Shown: one piece after another, positions 16,878 through 20,000 of the stretch
Position numbering within the stretch: the stretch's first letter is position 1
How the letters are laid out: each line of letters begins with the position of its first letter
Source of the DNA: an uncultured virus (IMG/VR IMGVR_UViG_3300025284_000066)
Taxonomy: Duplodnaviria; Heunggongvirae; Uroviricota; Caudoviricetes
Length of the DNA stretch: 20,000 nt
Virus record (IMG/VR): IMGVR_UViG_3300025284_000066
Reading direction: 5' to 3' (one strand)
Notes under the pieces: model-generated
What the model saw: only the letters and a program-made list of their open reading frames with translations
Databases searched by the model: none
Told to the model about the DNA's origin: nothing
Program-made: the position numbers and the translations under genes

Positions 16878-17405
16878 ATGATGCTGCCCGACCTCAAGAC
16901 GCCTCTGCTGTGGGCACTCAGCCTTGCACTCGTCGCCGCGCTGGCCACGGCCGGCATCGAGCGCACGCGCGCAGCTGGTGCTCGCGCCGATGCTGCTGCA
17001 GCTCGCAAGGATCTCGCCGACTACCGTGCCTCACAGGCCGAATCCGGCCGGCTGGCCGAGCGCGCCGCGCGCACCCAAGAACAGACCTGGCGCGCTCGCG
17101 TCGATGGAGTGATTCAAGATGGTCAAAAACAGATTGCCCGTGCTCGGGATGATGCTGGCCGTGCTGGTGCTGCTGAACGCCGGCTGCGCGAACAGCTTGC
17201 CGCCTATCGCGCCGCCGTCCGCGCAGCCACCACAGCGGCCGGCCCTGCCGGCGGAAGCCCGCCAGCCGAAGCCGCCCTCGATCTGCTTGCCGACCTGCTC
17301 AGCGGGAGTGGAGCGGCTCTTCGGGAGCTGGGGCAATTCGCTGACGCCTCCTACAGTGCAGGAACCATCTGCGAGCGGCATGCCGACGCGGTGAGTACGC
17401 CGTAG
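16878..17405 (+). CDS. Rz: Rz-like inner-membrane spanin (175 aa)
   Basis: GGAGG SD, N-terminal TM helix, Ala/Arg-rich coiled coil, C-terminal Cys, directly after the endolysin. Confidence 0.85.
   Translation: MMLPDLKTPLLWALSLALVAALATAGIERTRAAGARADAAAARKDLADYRASQAESGRLAERAARTQEQTWRARVDGVIQDGQKQIARARDDAGRAGAAERRLREQLAAYRAAVRAATTAAGPAGGSPPAEAALDLLADLLSGSGAALRELGQFADASYSAGTICERHADAVSTP
17119..17394 (+). CDS. Rz1: Rz1-like outer-membrane lipoprotein spanin, fully embedded in Rz (+1 frame)
   Basis: GGAG at 17106-17109. Signal peptide with lipobox LLNAG|C. Pro-rich mature region with CxxxC. Embedded architecture as in lambda Rz/Rz1. Confidence 0.85.
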   Translation: MVKNRLPVLGMMLAVLVLLNAGCANSLPPIAPPSAQPPQRPALPAEARQPKPPSICLPTCSAGVERLFGSWGNSLTPPTVQEPSASGMPTR

Positions 17406-17432
17406 ACGGCGGTGCCGTCACGATCATAGAAT
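17403..17432 (+). promoter_or_regulatory. Putative sigma70 promoter (TAGACG-N18-TAGAAT) for the HNH gene leader
   Basis: Hexamers at 17403-17408 and 17427-17432, immediately before a run of hairpins. Confidence 0.45.
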
Positions 17433-17557
17433 TCGTTCGCTCGGATTGACATCCGACCGTGCGTTTCGTGAACGCACCCGCCGAAAGCACACAGCCCGGC
17501 GCCCGCACTGCAGCTCATGCAACCGGGGACTTCCAAGTTCAACCTTCGGAGTTCCCA

Positions 17558-17842
17558 ATGCGGGCTTCTCATCTTCAAAGACTTCGAGAACGCGCTTGCC
17601 GCGCACAGGGCGGGATCTGCATCTACTGCTGCCTGCCCATGGGCCGTGAGGTGACGGCCGAGCACCTGGTGGCGCGCATGGATGGCGGCAAGAACACGCG
17701 CACGAACATCGCTGCCGCCTGCAGGCGCTGCAACGCGGACCGCCACGCTCTCTTTCCTGCCGGGGCGCCTGCCCCCGAAACCTATCAGGCCTTCGTGCTC
17801 CTGATGCGTGCGGCTGGGCTGTGGCCTACGAAGCGCCCATAG
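17558..17842 (+). CDS. HNH endonuclease (94 aa)
   Basis: CIYC...TAEHLVARMDGGKNTRTNIAAACRRCN...H motif. GGAG SD at 17548-17551 supports ATG 17558. Confidence 0.88.
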   Translation: MRASHLQRLRERACRAQGGICIYCCLPMGREVTAEHLVARMDGGKNTRTNIAAACRRCNADRHALFPAGAPAPETYQAFVLLMRAAGLWPTKRP

Positions 17843-17883
17843 GAAAGCTGCCCGAAGGAAGCAATACGGGCGGAGGGGACGGG

Positions 17884-18111
17884 TCAGCCTGCCGCGGGTG
17901 GCCGCCGAATCTCTACCGGCCCGATGCCGTTGTAGACCGTCGTGCCGTCCTTCAGCGAGGTAACCGTCCAGCGCTCGGCGCCGTGGCCGGGCGTGACCTT
18001 GTAGTCGCCTGGGCTAAGCGGCAAGGGGCGCGCCTCGCGCTCAGTGTCGCTGTACCAGGCTGGGGTGTAGAGGACGGCGATTTCAGTGGGAAAGATGTCA
18101 GCTTGGCTCAT
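17884..18111 (-). CDS. Small hypothetical protein (75 aa, beta-strand-like), coupled to the upstream NDT-family gene
   Basis: ATG 18111 overlaps the last codons of 18098-18664. Protein-like composition (MSQADIFPTEIAVLYTPAWY...VYNGIGPVEI). Confidence 0.65.
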   Translation of the reverse strand: MSQADIFPTEIAVLYTPAWYSDTEREARPLPLSPGDYKVTPGHGAERWTVTSLKDGTTVYNGIGPVEIRRPPAAG

Positions 18112-18664
18112 CGCCTGATTGTCGTGCGCCTCGGCTGTTGCCTTGTGCGATGGTGCGGGCGATCTGCTGCAACGCCTCCTCGGCCGTAGATGCAATCTGC
18201 ACCGAGCGCGCCAGCATCAGGTTCATGGAGAGGCCGAGGTCTTCCACGATGAGATCGTCTGCATCGCGGAGAACGCCTTCGCGCCCTCTGCTCGTGCGCA
18301 TGGCGGCCATCACCCGGTCGGCATAGCTGCAGGGCGGCAGACCGTACGCGACGACAGGCACCCCCCGCGCCACGGCCACTCCGACCTCGAAGACCGTACC
18401 GGAGTCCGGTTCGATTCCTCGAAACGGCCTCAAGTTGGCGATGACGCCGTGAGCCTCTTGGAGCAAGCCCATGTTGATCTCGAAGATTCGCTGGGCTATC
18501 TCTGCCTCGGGTGTATCGACTGGCACCAGTCCGTCCGACGGAGCCAGCGCCTGCAAGCCTTGGCGCTCGCATACGGCCGTGAGCATGGCGAAGTGCTGGG
18601 CGGCGTCTCGCCGGAACACGTCTGGGCCGGCGAGGTAGATGCGGGGGCGGGATGAGGCGCTCAT
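18098..18664 (-). CDS. Nucleoside 2-deoxyribosyltransferase (NDT)/nucleotide N-glycosidase family protein (188 aa)
   Basis: IYLAGPDVF, IANLRPFRG.EPDSGTVFEVGVAVARGVPV and NLML motifs typical of the family. Confidence 0.9.
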   Translation of the reverse strand: MSASSRPRIYLAGPDVFRRDAAQHFAMLTAVCERQGLQALAPSDGLVPVDTPEAEIAQRIFEINMGLLQEAHGVIANLRPFRGIEPDSGTVFEVGVAVARGVPVVAYGLPPCSYADRVMAAMRTSRGREGVLRDADDLIVEDLGLSMNLMLARSVQIASTAEEALQQIARTIAQGNSRGARQSGDEPS

Positions 18665-18754
18665 TTCCAGAGTATCCCTGTGCGGAGGTGGGCGCGGGCA
18701 GAATCCCGCTCACTCGCCAATGTGTCCAGCGTGTCGAAACTGCGGAAAAAGCTT

Positions 18755-19189
18755 ATGAAATTTCTGGAGATGCGGCGCTTCGATCGGAGACGCCGAAAAA
18801 TTCAAGCTGCATACGACGTTGAGCTAGCGGACGCGCGCGCCGCAAAGGATTGGGATCGCGTCCGCCAAACGACCGGTTTACTCGCTCACGAGCTTGGTTT
18901 GCTCAAGGAAGAGGAAGACTCATATCTGACAAAGGAGCTCCGCGCGCGAGCACGCAAATTCACTGTCCCGCTGCCACCGATACGAGACGAGCGCGGCAAT
19001 GAATCTGAGAGCTGGCAGCAAGGCTCGCAGATGGAAGAGTGGACTCTAACCACAAAGGGACGGCGAGCAATTGAAGATGAGATTGACCGCGTGCGGAAGG
19101 CCAGCCAGGAACACTTTGGCAGATGGTTTGGATGGCTCACTGCGGCTGTCGCCGGCGGGTACGCATTGTTTTTGCACCTCACGAAATAG
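18755..19189 (+). CDS. Hypothetical protein with a C-terminal membrane anchor (~144 aa; start uncertain)
   Basis: Open frame with lower GC, charged helical body and hydrophobic tail (WFGWLTAAVAGGYALFLHL). In-frame GTG starts exist upstream. Confidence 0.7.
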   Translation: MKFLEMRRFDRRRRKIQAAYDVELADARAAKDWDRVRQTTGLLAHELGLLKEEEDSYLTKELRARARKFTVPLPPIRDERGNESESWQQGSQMEEWTLTTKGRRAIEDEIDRVRKASQEHFGRWFGWLTAAVAGGYALFLHLTK

Positions 19190-19321
19190 CGTTCTCTGCT
19201 GCGGGAGACTGCTCTATCTGTGGGAACAGCAGCCCGGCAGGCCGCGCCAGAGCGAGGTCAAAAGGCTGCTAGAATTCCCGCCAACACCGCTGCAACCCGC
19301 ATGGATGTTGGCTCGACGCCA

Positions 19322-19370
19322 CAGATTGTGATTCTGGTCGTCGTGGGTTCGAGTCCCATCAGCCACCCCA
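19322..19370 (+). other. 3' fragment of tRNA-His(GTG), probable prophage attachment-site core
   Basis: CAGA-TTGTGAT-TCTG anticodon arm, GTGGG-TTCGAGT-CCCAT T-arm and CAGCCACCCCA 3' end are present. No D-arm or matching 5' acceptor strand is present upstream. Confidence 0.88.
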
Positions 19371-19384
19371 AAAAATATCTCCTT

Positions 19385-19406
19385 GCCGCTATTGCGCAAT
19401 AGCGGC
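19385..19406. repeat. Perfect 22-bp palindrome GCCGCTATTGCGCAATAGCGGC
   Basis: Self-complementary by inspection; lies just downstream of the tRNA fragment. Confidence 0.85.
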
Positions 19407-19420
19407 GTTCAAAGGATCTC

Positions 19421-19450
19421 GACGCCGGGCTTGTCCCGGCGTTGTCATTT
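19421..19450 (+). terminator. Putative intrinsic terminator of the original tRNA-His locus
   Basis: GACGCCGGG-cttgt-CCCGGCGTT hairpin followed by a weak U-rich tail. Confidence 0.55.
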
Positions 19451-19655
19451 CCGGCCGTCGCATCTCCTGTTGCCTGCGCGCCGAAGACTCTTTTTCCATC
19501 CTGCCTGCATATAAGACGTCAACCGCGGCGTGCACTTTACGTTGCGAGTTGTTGCACTAATGCAATGCGCCGCCAATTTTTTCGCGTGGTAAGGCACTTG
19601 TGGCAAATGTAAACTGAATTAAAATCGCCCCGTTTTCAATTCCAGGAGTCCAACA

Positions 19656-20000
19656 ATGGCTTCGACCCTCGCCGATATCAATTCCCAGATCAAGAAGCAT
19701 GACGAGCAGATTGCGCAATTGCGCAAGCAGGCCGAAGACCTGCGCAACCAGGAGCGCGCTGGTGTGATCGAGGAGTTGCGCAGGAAGATTGCCGAATATG
19801 GTTTGACCGCTTCCGATCTGAAGCTGACCGGCCGCGTGGGCTCCGCCAAGCGCAGCGCAACTGCTGCGCCGGCCAAGGCGGCTGCTAAATATCGCAGCCC
19901 GACCGGCGAAACCTGGTCTGGCGGCCGCGGCCGCAAGCCGCGCTGGGTGACCGAGGCATTGGCCGCGGGCAAGTCGCTTTCCGATTACGAGATCAAGTAA
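19656..20000 (+). CDS. hns: H-NS family nucleoid-associated protein (114 aa), host chromosome
   Basis: AGGAG SD, N-terminal coiled coil, and KYRSPTGETWSGGRGRKPRW DNA-binding motif. Confidence 0.93.
   Translation: MASTLADINSQIKKHDEQIAQLRKQAEDLRNQERAGVIEELRRKIAEYGLTASDLKLTGRVGSAKRSATAAPAKAAAKYRSPTGETWSGGRGRKPRWVTEALAAGKSLSDYEIK

Larger units (their letters stand above)
1..19370. mobile_element. Right end of an integrated temperate prophage (virion/ejection genes, lysis cassette, accessory genes); continues left of the window
   Basis: Contains a giant PLxRFG/DarB-like protein, a holin-endolysin-Rz/Rz1 cassette and an HNH gene. Ends at an isolated 3' tRNA-His fragment (19322-19370), followed by a host-type hns gene. 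Confidence 0.9.

Noticed and set aside
19295..19370. Complete tRNA-His gene
   Set aside because: The upstream sequence cannot form a D-arm or pair with the 3' acceptor strand. Only the 3' 49 nt are tRNA-like.

Overview
High-GC betaproteobacterial DNA (Comamonadaceae/Variovorax-like by inference). About 1-19370 is the right end of a temperate prophage that ends at a 49-bp 3' fragment of tRNA-His(GTG), the likely att core. The host flank (terminator, H-NS-family gene) follows. The prophage carries a virion/ejection-type protein and a 4375-aa polyvalent protein (InPase, DarB-like N6-adenine methyltransferase plus SNF2 helicase, HExxxH metallopeptidase, ART-PolyVal-like ADP-ribosyltransferase, PLxRFG region). 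It also has a complete holin/SAR-endolysin/Rz/Rz1 lysis cassette, an HNH gene and several accessory genes. The most striking unexplained signal is three small ORFs overprinted in the same +1 frame inside linkers of the giant gene (3920-4021, 5225-5506, 11963-12169). Each has its own initiation signal, shows a local switch of codon bias into the +1 frame, and lies just before an enzymatic domain. A 17-bp motif (CCCCY-ST-RGGG-TTCGAC) recurs three times with identical spacing to a -10-like hexamer and looks like a phage late promoter. All domain calls come from motif recognition by eye; no database search was run.
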